From Eledone cirrhosa (lineage: Eukaryota): 64,000 nucleotides of DNA. Within the stretch, counting starts at the first letter, position 1, and every line of letters begins with the position of its first letter. The stretch covers positions 203,050,001-203,114,000 of the forward strand of contig OZ024741.1 of the NCBI GenBank assembly GCA_964016885.1, written 5' to 3'. This document shows positions 13,830 to 29,180 of this stretch, one piece after another. The notes below the pieces were generated by a model, which saw only the letters and a list, made by a program, of their open reading frames with translations, was not told the origin of the DNA and did no database searches. The position numbers were made by a program, and so were the translations under genes.

Positions 13830-14832
13830 TGATGGGTTTGTTGACATATACCCTATCCTTTAAATAACTCCATAGAAAGACATCTGGGGACTTACATCAG
13901 GGCCGTATGGGGACCACTCAAAATCAGTCTTCAAAGTTATTTTTCAGCCATTCTCGCGACTCAATATAGGTGTGAGGGCTTGTTCCGTCTTGCTGGAACC
14001 AGAAATTATTCGTTAACGATGGTTACATGAACTGCAGCTCCTTTTGAAAAGTCTTCCATAACCTCTGCATAGCGTTCCTTGGTGATTGTAGCTGTGAGAC
14101 CATTTTCTTCGAAAAAGAATGGGCCAATCAACCCTCTCTCAGGAATAGCAACCCAGATGGTACTTTAGCTATCTATGTAGAGAGATTTCACAGCGACTTC
14201 AGTAGGTTACTCAGACCCTCGGAACACATTGTTCTTAGAGTTGATCTTCCCCTCTAAGTGAAAGTTTACTTCATCAAAAATCCACAAAATTCAGAAAATT
14301 TGGGTTGGTTTCCATATTCTCCAGCATTTTCTGTCATAGCCTTTCTCTTGTTTTTATCAGTTACAGTAAGCTTAAGCTTTTATTTAGCTTGTATTCTGTA
14401 GGGATACTTCCTAGGATCCTATTTGACAACCTCTCTGCAGGTTCCTGTGGAGAGACCCAATGATTGATTTCTGCACAGTGATCGATTTGGGCTCTGTTCA
14501 ACAGACTCTTGGATTATGCCAATAACTTCCTCTTTACGCTTCCTGGGTCACTCAGAGTGGGTAGGATGGTCCTCGGATATGAGTTTAGTTTTTTGGCTTT
14601 GAAAGGAGATTTGTCCGTTCCAAAAATACATGAAATTGTTCCTGGATCTGCTTGTATGAACCACATTTATAGTAGTGTTTCACACAGAAAACCTGGTGCT
14701 GGAGCTCGCAATAAAATCTTGTTTTTTTCAAATGTTGTATCTGCTATATCCTGAAATTGAAGGTTAATCTATTAGAAAATAAATATACAGTTACACAAAA
14801 CGTGCACCGGGCATTTTTTTTTATTCACCCTA
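13830..14832 (-). mobile_element. Decayed Tc1/mariner-superfamily DNA transposon
   Basis: Minus-strand translation gives 'FDEVNFHLEGKINSKN', 'IGPFFFEENG', 'WFQQDGTSPH' and 'PPYGPDVSP', matching the DDD motifs SDE / QQDGA.H / WPP.SPDL. A TIR-like 'agggtgaataaaaaaaatgccc' lies near 14810-14832. Confidence 0.85.
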
Positions 14833-15784
14833 AATATTTCTGTCTCCCTACATATATAAAACGGAATTTTGCAGTTTCCATCCACCAAATTCCACTCACA
14901 ACTGAGGCTATACTAGAAGACACTTGTCCAAGGTGCTGCCCAGATGAATTGAACCCAGAACCTCGTGTTTACGCAGCGAACTCCTTAACCGTTCGGCTAA
15001 GCCATTGCATATTATATTTACACTAATTTATAAAGTCTGGTGTAGTTTCGTCTTAAATACACAAATGATATTAAGTGAGCATATAACAATATGCTAGTTC
15101 TTACACAATAAAACATGGCGAATTGATAGAGTCATTAAGGTGTCAAATTTCAGAATTTTACTCTACCTGATTACGCTCTCAGTTCAATTCTCGTCTAGAT
15201 CATGTCGAGGCCGATAAGTACCAGTCTAATACTAGGATCGGATTCTTTATCACTTTCTGTCTCTCCTCATTCTGGAATAAATCGGTTGTGTTGAGACATA
15301 GAGAGAGAGAGATGGGCTCTGTCGGGTTTCAAATGCCTGTGTGTTAGGACGGCGCCCCTACGAAGTTACCTGGAGTCAAGTCCTCTTCTTTTTTTTTTGT
15401 GCCTATTACAATAAAAATACGTCTAGCTTTTAAATCGATTCATGAAATATTAAACTATAAAATATAAAATTAGCTTAAATTAAGTTACTATATTTCTAAT
15501 GAAAACATTTGCCTATAATTTTAAGATAATTTTGAAAATAATCAAGAATTAGTGGATATTTATTCTTATTAATCAGGGAATTAGAACATAAAGGTTCTTA
15601 CATATATTTATGATAAGAGTTTCTTTTTAGATACATATAAAATTTTTAACCCTTTTTTCCATATTTTTGATGAATCACATTCTTCTAATTTTCAAACAAT
15701 TTTTAAAATAAGAATTTGAGGGTGCATTTAGTAATATAATTATGTTATAATTAAGCTGGAGTTTAGAAATTAACAAAGGTTCTT

Positions 15785-15828
<44 letters not shown>

Positions 15829-15830
<2 letters not shown>

Positions 15831-15884
15831 AACGAGTAGGACCCCGACGGCTGAGCTCAAGCCGTTTCGACGGCTAATTCCATC
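15829..15884 (-). repeat. ~55-bp TA-flanked mini-insertion (3' half of a hammerhead)
   Basis: Minus strand: gtcGAAACGGCttgagctcaGCCGTCggggtcc. Homologous copies at 23989-24040 and 62516-62575. Confidence 0.65.
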
Positions 15885-16455
15885 ATATATATATATATGA
15901 TGGAAGATTTTCAGATAAAAATTAAACATTTCACAACAAATAGCGTTATATCATAGAACCATGACTGGTTTCATGCAGTTTGGTATCAGAGTGGTTAAGG
16001 AATGATTATACTATTAGTTTCTCGCTAAGTGGATTAAATTTGTTGTTAGTTATTGGCTAAACTGAGATTTGGTGAAGCAGAATGATGGAATACATAGCTA
16101 GTGTGTCGTTAATTAATTACTAATATATTAGACTGACAATTAAATTTGATATTTGAGCTTAATGTTTTCACATAGATTATTATAAATCTGAATGTGACAC
16201 TTGACATTGAAGAATAGCAGTTAAATATTGGATGAACTCTAGAAAAAAGTCTATAATTGAATCAAGTAAATGCTGACAACCAGTTTTCGATTTCTGATCT
16301 GGTGTTGACATTTTCTTAATTTATCCTTCACACAAATTTAATACTACGACGTTTGACATGAAGGGAGACAACTACTGTATTGTGTTTCTGAAATGTCATT
16401 TAAAACATAAACAATATTTCTCATTAAGGATACATTAAAACATGTTAGCATTCTT

Positions 16456-18027
<1,572 letters not shown>

Positions 18028-18212
18028 ATCCAACAGACCAGTGTCTGTCCTTAGGGCATCAACATACGTTAACCTTGGTCTTCCTCTTCTAGTGTGTCCA
18101 TGTAGGGGCTCCCAAAGGAGTACTGAGTGCAATGGCAGCGATAATGAGGGACAGAGACCGCTGGAGAGAACTCGTCCATGGATCTCGGGAATTTTACCCG
18201 CCTTAGACTTAG
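18028..18212 (-). mobile_element. RTE-clade LINE 3' fragment
   Basis: '[30 protein letters not shown]' is a typical RTE C-terminal RGRP motif. Confidence 0.75.
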
Positions 18213-18379
<167 letters not shown>

Positions 18380-18575
18380 ATATATATATATATACGTATG
18401 TTTGTACACACACGCACACATATATATATACATATATATATACATTTTTACTCTTTTACCCGTTCCAGCCAGCCGGTTGAGGCTATGCTGCCTTTTATAT
18501 TAATATGTATATATAAAGACATTTTTTCCACTTCCGTCCCGCCCGTCCTCTCAATCTATCTTATTTCACATTCTT

Positions 18576-18611
18576 TCTTCTGATGAAGGACTAGTGTCCA
18601 AAACGTTAAGA
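18576..18611 (+). ncRNA. Degenerate minimal hammerhead (G12 mutated) in a PLE-tail-like repeat
   Basis: TCTT CTGATGA AGGAC-TAGT-GTCC aAAAC GTT AAGA. A related decayed copy is on the minus strand at about 30330-30470. Confidence 0.6.
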
Positions 18612-18692
18612 CCCTCTTCCTGCTATATCAAGCGTTAACCTGATATATTCCTTCCATATACTGTACCGATTGTGTTGTTATTTCTGTTTACC

Positions 18693-18808
<116 letters not shown>

Positions 18809-19081
18809 CATACAACATACAAACATTTATTTATTTATGGATGTTCGCTGGAAACTATTGATGCATTTGTCCCGATATATTTCGGATAAAACATATATTT
18901 TCAAGGAAGTTTGTTAAGGAATTACGGGACGTGGCGTTAGACTGCCACGTCTGTTGCTTTTGCGATGTATACACGCATAGGTGTGTCTGTGTGTTTATAT
19001 ATATATATAAAGAAAAAGAGATGAAATCGAAAATGCAACTGGAGTCTTATTTTTTTAAAAAATATATATATTTATTTGGTT

Positions 19082-19119
19082 CCTTTACCGGTTTCGCAGT
19101 TCTTCTGCTTTTCAAAAGG
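19082..19119 (-). ncRNA. Minimal hammerhead with U3-A8 covariant core
   Basis: Minus strand reads CCTT TTGAAAA GCAG-AAGAA-CTGC GAAAC CG GTA AAGG. Confidence 0.75.
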
Positions 19120-19247
19120 TGAGTTGAGATGGATTGGTTCCTTTACCGGTCTCGCAGTTCTTTCACCCTTAACGGGATCTTCTGAAGATCCCGTTAAGAG
19201 TGAAAGCAGCTATTCGTTGCTTAAACTTTAATCTGTTATTTTAATAA

Positions 19248-19290
<43 letters not shown>

Positions 19291-19320
19291 AATATATATA
19301 TATATATATATATACATATG

Positions 19321-19434
<114 letters not shown>

Positions 19435-19871
19435 CATATATATATACACATACAAATATATATACATATATACACACATATATATACCAATATACATGAT
19501 GGCTGCCCCCTCGTTATCGAGTATGGCCATTGCACGATATAACATTATTAATAATTATCAATTAATGCTCTCATGCAATGCTTGTGTACGAAGATTTTTT
19601 TTAAAGTGAGGAAAGACTGTGCACTGAGCCAATCTCACTCTCTGAGCGACAATAGCTATAACCCGAAAAGAACGAAAGATCAACATCATCGGTAACTACT
19701 GAGCCGCAGGTTTTATGTCAGAGTTTTCCCAGTTTCCTGAGTTGCCTTCTCCTAGAAGAACGCCGTGACAAAGGCTAGGGGTCCTTCACTCCCAGTGATT
19801 TAACCGCGCAATCGGATATCCAGCCCGATTATTTCTATGTGCCCGCGCATATACATACGCATGTATACATG

Positions 19872-19946
<75 letters not shown>

Positions 19947-19950
19947 ACAG

Positions 19951-20003
<53 letters not shown>

Positions 20004-21714
20004 TGCATACATGTATATACATATTTACACATTTTTGGATGGCCGTTGACTTTTATTAGTTCTTCCACCCTTTGTCAGGTTTTGTTTTTATATACATACA
20101 TACATTATATATATATATATATATATATACATACGTGTTTCTCTTTAAATAAGCTCAATGGACCTTAGTTCACAGCATCGTTAATTCAAAGTTAAAAGAT
20201 ATATTTAGAGAAAGAGTCATACATCATTTCATAAGCACATAGCATTTTGTACACATACATATAATACTAAAAATATTCAGTAAAAAATATATACGTATAA
20301 TTCAAAGGCCAGCCTTGTCACGTCCGTTGCCACGCCAGATCTCCATGGAAACTATGTTAAGGATATGCGCGTTTGTGAAATGGCTAGCAACTTGCAAGTT
20401 CGAACAGCAGGAACACTCATCGTCGGAACCGACGGAGATTCAACAAGAATACCACTCACCAATTTAAGAAAGAAGTCTAAAGGCACTGCCACTTTTCTGC
20501 TATTAAATATAAAAAAAAATTGCATAGTTTCAAACATTAAACCTTTTGATTCTAAACCGCCTGAATCTGTCCCTGATTTTATGATACAAAACTGTTTGTT
20601 TTAAACAATTTATATTTATCTGAAATACTTCTGTCATAATTTTATGTAAGCACCTTTGTTAAAAATCAGATAAATTATGAGAAAGTTTGTAATATTACTA
20701 AATCCCTTCAAATTCTTGATTATTTTCAAAATTAATTCAAAATCACTAGTGTGTTTAATTAGAAATTCAGTAATCATAGGATTTATAGACTATTCAGTGC
20801 TAATTATATGGGATAAATATCACCACAGTAAATACTCAGCAACGATTATTAAATTAATCGTAAATATTATCGAATAATGAAATAAAATGATTTGTAGCAA
20901 TGTTATTGAGATAAAATCTAAATCAACGTAGATTATAAGTATTTTGTAATTTCTCAAAAACATATCTTACAGATTTACTTAAAAGTTGGCGCCATGGTAG
21001 CAGGTCGGGCGAAGCATGACACCATATTTTGGATAGAACGGCGTAAACTAACACCAATGTTTATGCTTTATTACATTTAATGAAAGTAAGTTATGGTAGT
21101 AATAAGAGTTTTCAGAAAACAAACAAAAATAAATTTTCATAATTTGTTAATCATCTGTATTGATTGCTGAAGTGGAATATTCGCGTGTGTAAAACATAAT
21201 TCTTGGTACAATCTCTAACATTGAAGATATTAACAGCCTAAGATATTTAAATACACATTACACTAGCAAGGGTAAAGCCGTGTAGCTTATCAGTTAAGGT
21301 GTTGGGTTCACGATCGTAAGATGGTGAATTCGATTCCCGGACTGATATTTCACGTTGCTTCACTCCATTCAGCTGGCCAAAAGTGAATTGTACTTGGAAT
21401 TGAAGGTTCACCCTTGCCACGCTGAACCTCCCACAGAATTACGTTAAGAGTAGACGTATCTGTCGAATGATCAGCTACTTGCAGGTTAATTTCGTGTCAA
21501 CAGACGAAGACTTAATATATATTAGCAAGAACAGTTATTCAAACAATACAATTAACACTGGCTCTAGTCTTCCATTTGGTCTATTCGCAACGAAAGCAGA
21601 GGAATATCCCATAGCGTCTATAGTCGTATATACATACATATGAGAGATAGTGGAAACGCATGGGTTCGTGATTAGAGTTTTCGGCTCACTGTCGCTTTGT
21701 ACATGTGTCTGTGT

Positions 21715-21811
<97 letters not shown>

Positions 21812-22128
21812 CTGAAGAACACAGAAATAGTATCTTTCACCTAATAATTCTTGCGATACAGATTTAAGTCTACTAAAGGCTCTTGCCCGATATAGGTTTG
21901 TTCTTTTTATTGATTTATTACTTTAAATCGAGTCAGGCAAAACATATTGTTTTAAGTTAGTATTTTTTTCAACCTAGTTAACTTGGTCCTTTGCAACTGG
22001 AACACATGTATACTTATATCTGTGTTTATCTCTCTAATATATTCAATTATATTGCACGGCTCCGAAAACATTTCTTTCTTGGAACTATTTAATTGTAAAA
22101 GACTATTTTGAGTTTCTAACACTGTCTA

Positions 22129-22213
<85 letters not shown>

Positions 22214-23752
22214 GGGGCTTCAGCTGTTTGCATCTATCAATTTTCATTGATAAGGTCAAAGGTTTTAGTATATGACACTATCCTCGCTTAAATATCTGAT
22301 GACAACACATCAAATAATTGTTACACAACGACTTTGATGTCTTTGAAATGTGCATAATAGGATGATGTAATAAACTGAAGATGTACACGTGATACTGTTT
22401 CTCTTCTTTTTTATAATATATATATATATATATACATATATATATACATATATATAAGTATACACACACACACACACACAAACACGCACACATATATATA
22501 CATATATATATATATATACATGCACACATATATATATACACACACACACATACATATACATACATATATACATATATACATACATATACACACACACATA
22601 CATATACATACATATATACATACATATACACACACACATACATATACATACATATATACATATATACATACATATTTATAGATGTATTTGTATATTCAAT
22701 ACCTATACGGTGGTTTCTATGTTAATAGGACTTCGTGTGAAATTCGTCCGTAAGGAATATGTTACAGAATAAATTAGAAAATAATACCTATTTAAAGGAT
22801 CATTAAAAAACTGCTGGAATAAAATGACTACAAATAGGGACAAGAATGAAAAATGCAATTTATACTGTAATGAAATTATGAGGCTGAACATAGAGTAGAC
22901 TGCAGTCGGTTTCGACGATGAGTATTCCATTTGTTCAATCAACGGAACAGCCTGCTTGTGACATAATTCTCAGGGAGATTCAGTGTCAAACAGTATGGGA
23001 AGTGACTGGCCCCTTTGAATTACAGGAACAGTTCATCTATTATAGTATAAGTGGCAGAACATTCCACAGAGCAGTGTACTCTTTGCATAATTCTCTTGGA
23101 GATTCAGTGTGACATGGTTTTTTATTTGAATTCCAGGTTCAGTCCATCCGATGAGCTTCCAAACACTTTCATCTATTCCATTTCACTCACAATGAATGTG
23201 TCGACTAAGATTTCATGCAATGCAATGAGAGTGAAACCGGGATCTAATGATCGCCAAGTGAACATCATAACTGTTGTGCCATGCTGCGTCTACAGGGTTA
23301 AACAAATAAAGAAAATATGCCGAAGGAATGGAATTTAGTGTTTCTTTTGGAATAAAATCTCTTAAAACCTATTAGGTTCTAGCTACAAAGGACTGTTTTG
23401 GAATTATTATTAAAGTAAAATATAATCTTCATAATGAACTAAAATTGTCTGGCCATCATGAAGATTAAGATTGCTATCAAAAGAAACATTTCTATATGTT
23501 TCAACGAAGCGAAAACTCCCATGGGTTCAATGATTCGATGATATCTGAGGGTGTGAACAGGATGGATACGAAAGGCCTTTAGTAACACACCCGTTTGTAC
23601 GATTCGGTGGGATTTTGGTAATTTCTGAACCCTCTGAATTTAATTAATGGAAACAATTAAACATATTTATTTAAATTGCACTTGATGGCAGAATATATGA
23701 ATCATTCTATATATATATATATATGAATACTTTATATACTTTATATATATAT

Positions 23753-23898
23753 CATCATCATCATCATCATCATTTTACGTCCGCTTTTCCCTATTCAGCA
23801 CAGCATCTCTCCACTTGTCACGGTCCTTGGTCATCTCCTCGGTGATTTTCAGCGATCTGAGGTGAGGTCTGCTCTCACTACCTCCGCCCATGTTTTTC

Positions 23899-23900
<2 letters not shown>
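23753..23900 (-). mobile_element. Probable RTE-clade 3' tail with (GAT)n end
   Basis: (CAT)n followed by the reverse complement of 'KTWAEVVRA...MTKDRDKWRDAV'-like coding sequence. Confidence 0.6.
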
Positions 23901-23953
<53 letters not shown>

Positions 23954-24086
23954 TATATATATATGTATGTATGTATGTATATATATATGATCTAACTGTC
24001 GAATAGCCGGAGCTCAGCCGTCGGGGTCCTGAATCTTTTCATATATATATATATGTGTATACATATATATATATATATGTAAATTC

Positions 24087-24172
24087 GCATCTGAGGAGGT
24101 ATATATTAGGAGTCGGGATCCGATCAACTGATCAAACCCGAGCTGATCGATATAGAAACAGTTGTAATATGC
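24087..24172 (+). ncRNA. Hammerhead-like motif with extended stem II
   Basis: gcat CTGAGGA [tcggg..cccga, gatca..tgatc hairpin] GAAAC agtt GTA atatgc. Stem I is imperfect. Lies between TA tracts. Confidence 0.5.
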
Positions 24173-24344
24173 AATAAAGTTTCATAACAGGTTGCAAATC
24201 TGATTTCCTATTCTCTCTCTCTCTCTCTCTTTATATATACATATATATATATATATATATAAGAAATGCAGTGAGAATTGGAAATACAATCGTGAAACTA
24301 GAGTAAAATAAGCAGAATAAAATAATTATTTTTTACCTTATATT

Positions 24345-24985
24345 TCATAATTGTTTCTACTTTAGGCACAAGGCCAGCAATTACCCAGTGCATTACTGGT
24401 ACTTTATTTTATCGACCCCGTAAGGATGAAAGCAAAGTCAACCTCGGCGGGATTTGAACTCAGATCGTAAAGGGACGTAACTATGCTGGAAAGCATGGCG
24501 TCCGACCCTCTACCGATACTACCAATCCACCGCCCTCTACCGATACTGCCAATCCCATAGTTAGATCCTCTTTATCAAACGAAGAGAGAAAATTGATGAG
24601 TCTTGATCTTCAGAAGACACCGTAAATCTATTCATAACTCCCAATCTTCGGAGAAATGCGTTAATATAACATGTTAAAACAAATATAATCATTATATACA
24701 TACTAGCAGAAAAACCACCTTTCGGGTGGTTTTCTGCTAGTATATGTAGTGTGTATATTGATATTATAAGCAGGTATATATATATATATGTAGATATGAT
24801 ACATCAAATAAAATCGTAATTGACAATATATAATACATAGAAATTGATCCAGCCTAACCTACCATATATATATACCACACTGGACATGAACTAAAAATAC
24901 CTAACCACGTCATTCACAACTAGAAACAAAAGCCACTCACACACATAACAATAACCAAAGCTATCAAACTGCAACCATCATAACC

Positions 24986-25019
<34 letters not shown>

Positions 25020-25165
25020 GGGTCAGACGCCATGCTTTCCAGCATAGTTACGTCCCTTTACGATCTGAGTTCAAATCCCGCCGAGGTTGACTTTGCCTTT
25101 CATCCTTACGGGGTCGATAAAATAAAGTACCAGTAATGCACTGGGTAATTGCTGGCCTTGTGCCT
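24345..25165. mobile_element. Inverted pair of near-identical short-subfamily SINEs (24345-24556 minus, 25020-25165 plus)
   Basis: Both lack the 'gtcgatttaatcgac..ccc' segment and share 'gcactgggtaattgctggccttgtgcct'. Confidence 0.85.
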
Positions 25166-25286
25166 TTTTAACTTTAATTATATCTCATAAAATAATACAA
25201 TTGGCTTTCCACAAAATACATATAGTTAGCACTCCAAACACTTAAATTGGTTACATATAGTTAAGCTATCTCTGTTATTGTATTAA

Positions 25287-25337
<51 letters not shown>

Positions 25338-25378
25338 CGAAACATAAGTCAATTGCATGAACTCATAATCCTTTATTT

Positions 25379-25434
25379 ACTGCTATATATATTTCGATGA
25401 TAGCCATTGAATGGCTATGACCTCATCAGGCAGT
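25379..25434 (-). ncRNA. Minimal hammerhead ribozyme, TA-repeat stem III
   Basis: Minus strand reads ACTGC CTGATGA ggtcATAGCCA-ttcaa-TGGCTATcatc GAAA TATATA TA GCAGT. Confidence 0.85.
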
Positions 25435-26190
25435 TAGTCAGTTCTTAGATATGCCAGCTCTGTGTTTATAGTGTTGATGGTATCAGAGCCTTGGGACATA
25501 TGAGCTTGTTAGGAATAATTTTATGTTGTCAGCAGGAATAGTCTTGATTCTTATTGGTCAGTTTGTAGATGGTAGTAGGGTTGGTATTTGACCTCAAAGA
25601 GGCAGGTGGTTTTGTAATGTTCAAACCGTCAGGCAAGATGACAATAGTTCCATATGACTGATTTTCACAAAAGGCATTCCTGGTCAGATATATATTCAAT
25701 TAAGGTTAATAGTATGAAATAGATACTACAGGTCATTCTTGAATTGAGGAATTTATGTGGAGTAGTGCTACTGAAAATTATGGTTAGAGTAGAAAATTTA
25801 CAAATAAAAGACTTATGTAGGTTGGCTTGCACTACACTCACACCCACCTCCACAGACACACACACACACACAGACATACAAAATGTGGGGTGGTAATACT
25901 TAACATAATGGTTAGAGTCCAATACTTAGATAGCTTAGAAAATTTAGAAATAAAAGCTTATGTTGGTTGACATATACTCACACCTACCCTCTGAGACACA
26001 CACACATCTACACACAAATCCATACAGGTGTATATATATATATATATGTACGCACAAGTATATATATATATAAAATATATATATATACATAAAATACATA
26101 TATATATAAAATATATACATACATAAAATATATATATATACATAAAATATATATATAAAATACATATATACATATATATATATATAAAAT

Positions 26191-26262
<72 letters not shown>

Positions 26263-26660
26263 CACACATATACACATATAAAATATATATATATATACAT
26301 ATAATATATATATATATATATATAAAATCAGGTTCAATAAAACGTGGTTTAGATGACTCCTAACCAGTAGAGGCTCCGGTGGACCATCCACCATAGGGAC
26401 CACAAGCTATGGGAGGTTGTTGTTGTCCATTGGTCATTGGTACGGGGTGTAGGGGACCTACAGGGGGGGGGGGGCGTTGTGGGAGGCCATAACCGGGGTT
26501 TATCCATATAGCTTGAGGAAAGTTCCCGTCCTTAGGTGTCTGCAGGCACCGAATAAGTCGGCCCTTCTGTTTAATAGCTTGGTTCCGCCATGAAGTATCT
26601 CGAGTGTCTCACTAAGACAGAGGTTGCAAATACCAGACCCGCCTCTGTCTGGGGGAACCT

Positions 26661-26707
<47 letters not shown>

Positions 26708-26709
<2 letters not shown>

Positions 26710-27165
26710 AGTATGTATACGTACTTACATATATGTATACAGACATACAGTAGTATGTATATATATATATACATGCACATATATATATATGTACGTATGG
26801 ATTCACCGAAGATTTATTTTAATGCTCGGTGTGTTTGCAAACAAACATCCCGAATTAAGCCGAACAGTGTCTAGCAACCATCGTTGCTCATTTGTTCAAC
26901 ACTGACAAAGGAACGCTGTACTAGTTTCAAGCTTATTAGCTATCGTCAGCAACGTATACCTTCCTGCCAGATGGTTGAACTTCTGAAAGTATATACTTTC
27001 CTTATGTATATTCGGGATGTTTGTTTGCAAACACACCGAGCATTATAATAAATGTTCGGTGAATCCATACGTACATATATATATATGTGTGCATGTGTGA
27101 ATATATATATACATACTACTGTACGTCTGTATACATGTATGTATGTACGTGTACATACTTATATT
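26708..27165 (-). mobile_element. PLE-type inverted-tail cassette
   Basis: About 150-bp inverted arms (26708-26856 and 27010-27163) with an HHR in the spacer. Abuts (TA)n. Confidence 0.8.
26914..26954 (-). ncRNA. Minimal hammerhead ribozyme
   Basis: Minus strand reads CGTTG CTGACGA tAGCT-aata-AGCTt GAAAC TA GTA CAGCG. Confidence 0.85.
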
Positions 27166-27217
27166 TAAGTAACAGCCGTACTAAGAGTGGGAAATGAAAT
27201 TTCGTTACATTTTTTCT

Positions 27218-27270
<53 letters not shown>

Positions 27271-27292
27271 CATACATAACCCTCTCTCTCTC

Positions 27293-27400
<108 letters not shown>

Positions 27401-27746
27401 GTGTGTGTGTGTGTGTGTGTGTATTCAACATGCTGAATTGTGTATGAATTTCCATGTAAGGGATTTAGACGATGTTTAAAAGCTTTACATAAAAGAGACA
27501 GAAGGAGGGATAGGATGATAGTGAGACGTAGAGAGAATGAAAGACCGACAGAAAGATGGAGAGACAGAGGGAATGATAGAAGGATAGTCAGACGTTAAGG
27601 CGACAGTTTCATTCCCAGTTGAGAATGAGTCATGTGTGGGGGACGAGGAGAAGAAGATTGACTGTGAAGGAGATTAATAGTTGAAAACAGAAAGAAAATG
27701 AAAAACGAAATGCCTCATTAAGAATCATTTTCCGAGAGATAATTTT

Positions 27747-27842
<96 letters not shown>

Positions 27843-28754
27843 ACTCTCTCTCTCTCTCTCTCTTTCACGCACACACACACATAGGTAGATACACACATCC
27901 AAAAAAATTCGGCGCGAGCATAAATTAAAATGTACATACATTTATGAATGTGTGTGTGTCTGTACGCACACACACACGTTACCTCCGAGCCACTGCGAGA
28001 AGATACGAGGTATATTGGACTGCAAGATATAGCAGCTAAATGCCCTTATATCACATTCTGCTACTTTAAAGAATAGACGCATTTGATAATGTAGTCTTAG
28101 ATAGACTATGACTGAATATGAAATGTGGCGGTCACAATTGGAATGTCATCATTTATTTAACCCCACTACATATTACCTTGGGCAAGTGTCTTCTATCATA
28201 GCTTCAATCGACCATAGCCGTGTAAGTCAAATTCGGTAGACAGAAACTATAGAAACCCACCGCTACTAAACAGAAAATGTATGGAAAGCCACTGTTGGTA
28301 TACTGGAAGTGTGTAGAAGCCCGCCGTTGTTAGACAAAGTGTGTAAATGCCTGTTCCTCTTGTCCGTTGGTAAACTTAATTCGTCCACCGCTTGAAGAAC
28401 ACCTCCTGTCCCTATTGGGTAACTTTACTCTATTGTATGCATTCGGACAAGATTTCCTGTGGAGATAAACTGCGGCCGTCTTTTCACCACTCTCGGATGC
28501 CATGATTACAGTTAAATGCATTCCCTTCCTCTTCGTCAGTCTCGGAGGCCGTGATTACATTCACGTGCTCTCCTCTTCTTCTTATGACTGAGGAATGTAG
28601 AAAAAAAAACAAACGAAAATAGTGTTGTTGAAATATGGTGTTGGACCTCCGTCATTTCCGACGATGAATGCCCCAGTTGATTCAATCAACGGCACAGCCT
28701 GCTCGTCGCTGTATGATTATACGTACATTCCATTTTGTATTATAGTGCAAGTGA

Positions 28755-29180
28755 GACGTCGGACACCATGCTTCGCGGCATAGAGTGATGGCCTTTTACG
28801 TTCTGATTTCACATACCACTGACGTTAGCTTGTCCTATCATCCTTACGGAATCGATAAAATAAAGCACCAATTTAACACTGGGAACGATATAATCGATTT
28901 TCCGCTTCTGCCCAATTTGTTGGCCTTGTGCCTCAATCAGAAATCATTATAGTGCAATTGAAGGGCGGTGGATTGGCAGAATCGGTAGAGCATCGGGCAC
29001 CATGCCTTACAGCATAGAGCAGCATAGAGTTGTGGTCCTTTACGATCTGAGTTGAAATCACACCACGGTTAGCTTGGCCTTTCATCCTTACGGGGTCGAT
29101 AAAATAAATCACCAGTAATGCACTGGGGTCGACTTTCCCCTCTCCTAAATTGTTGACCTTGTGTCTAGATCATAAATCAT
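28755..29180 (+). mobile_element. Two tandem SINE copies
   Basis: Dominant SINE motifs occur twice. 'attatagtgcaa' is repeated at the junctions. Confidence 0.8.

Noticed and set aside
19182-19212. Apparent canonical CTGAAGA hammerhead core
   Set aside because: It is created by the fold-back junction. Two other copies (55242 and about 36993) read CAGAAGA, and no stem I is evident.
21278-21345. tRNA gene
   Set aside because: It is an A/B-box tRNA-like head that continues into SINE body sequence, with no complete cloverleaf.
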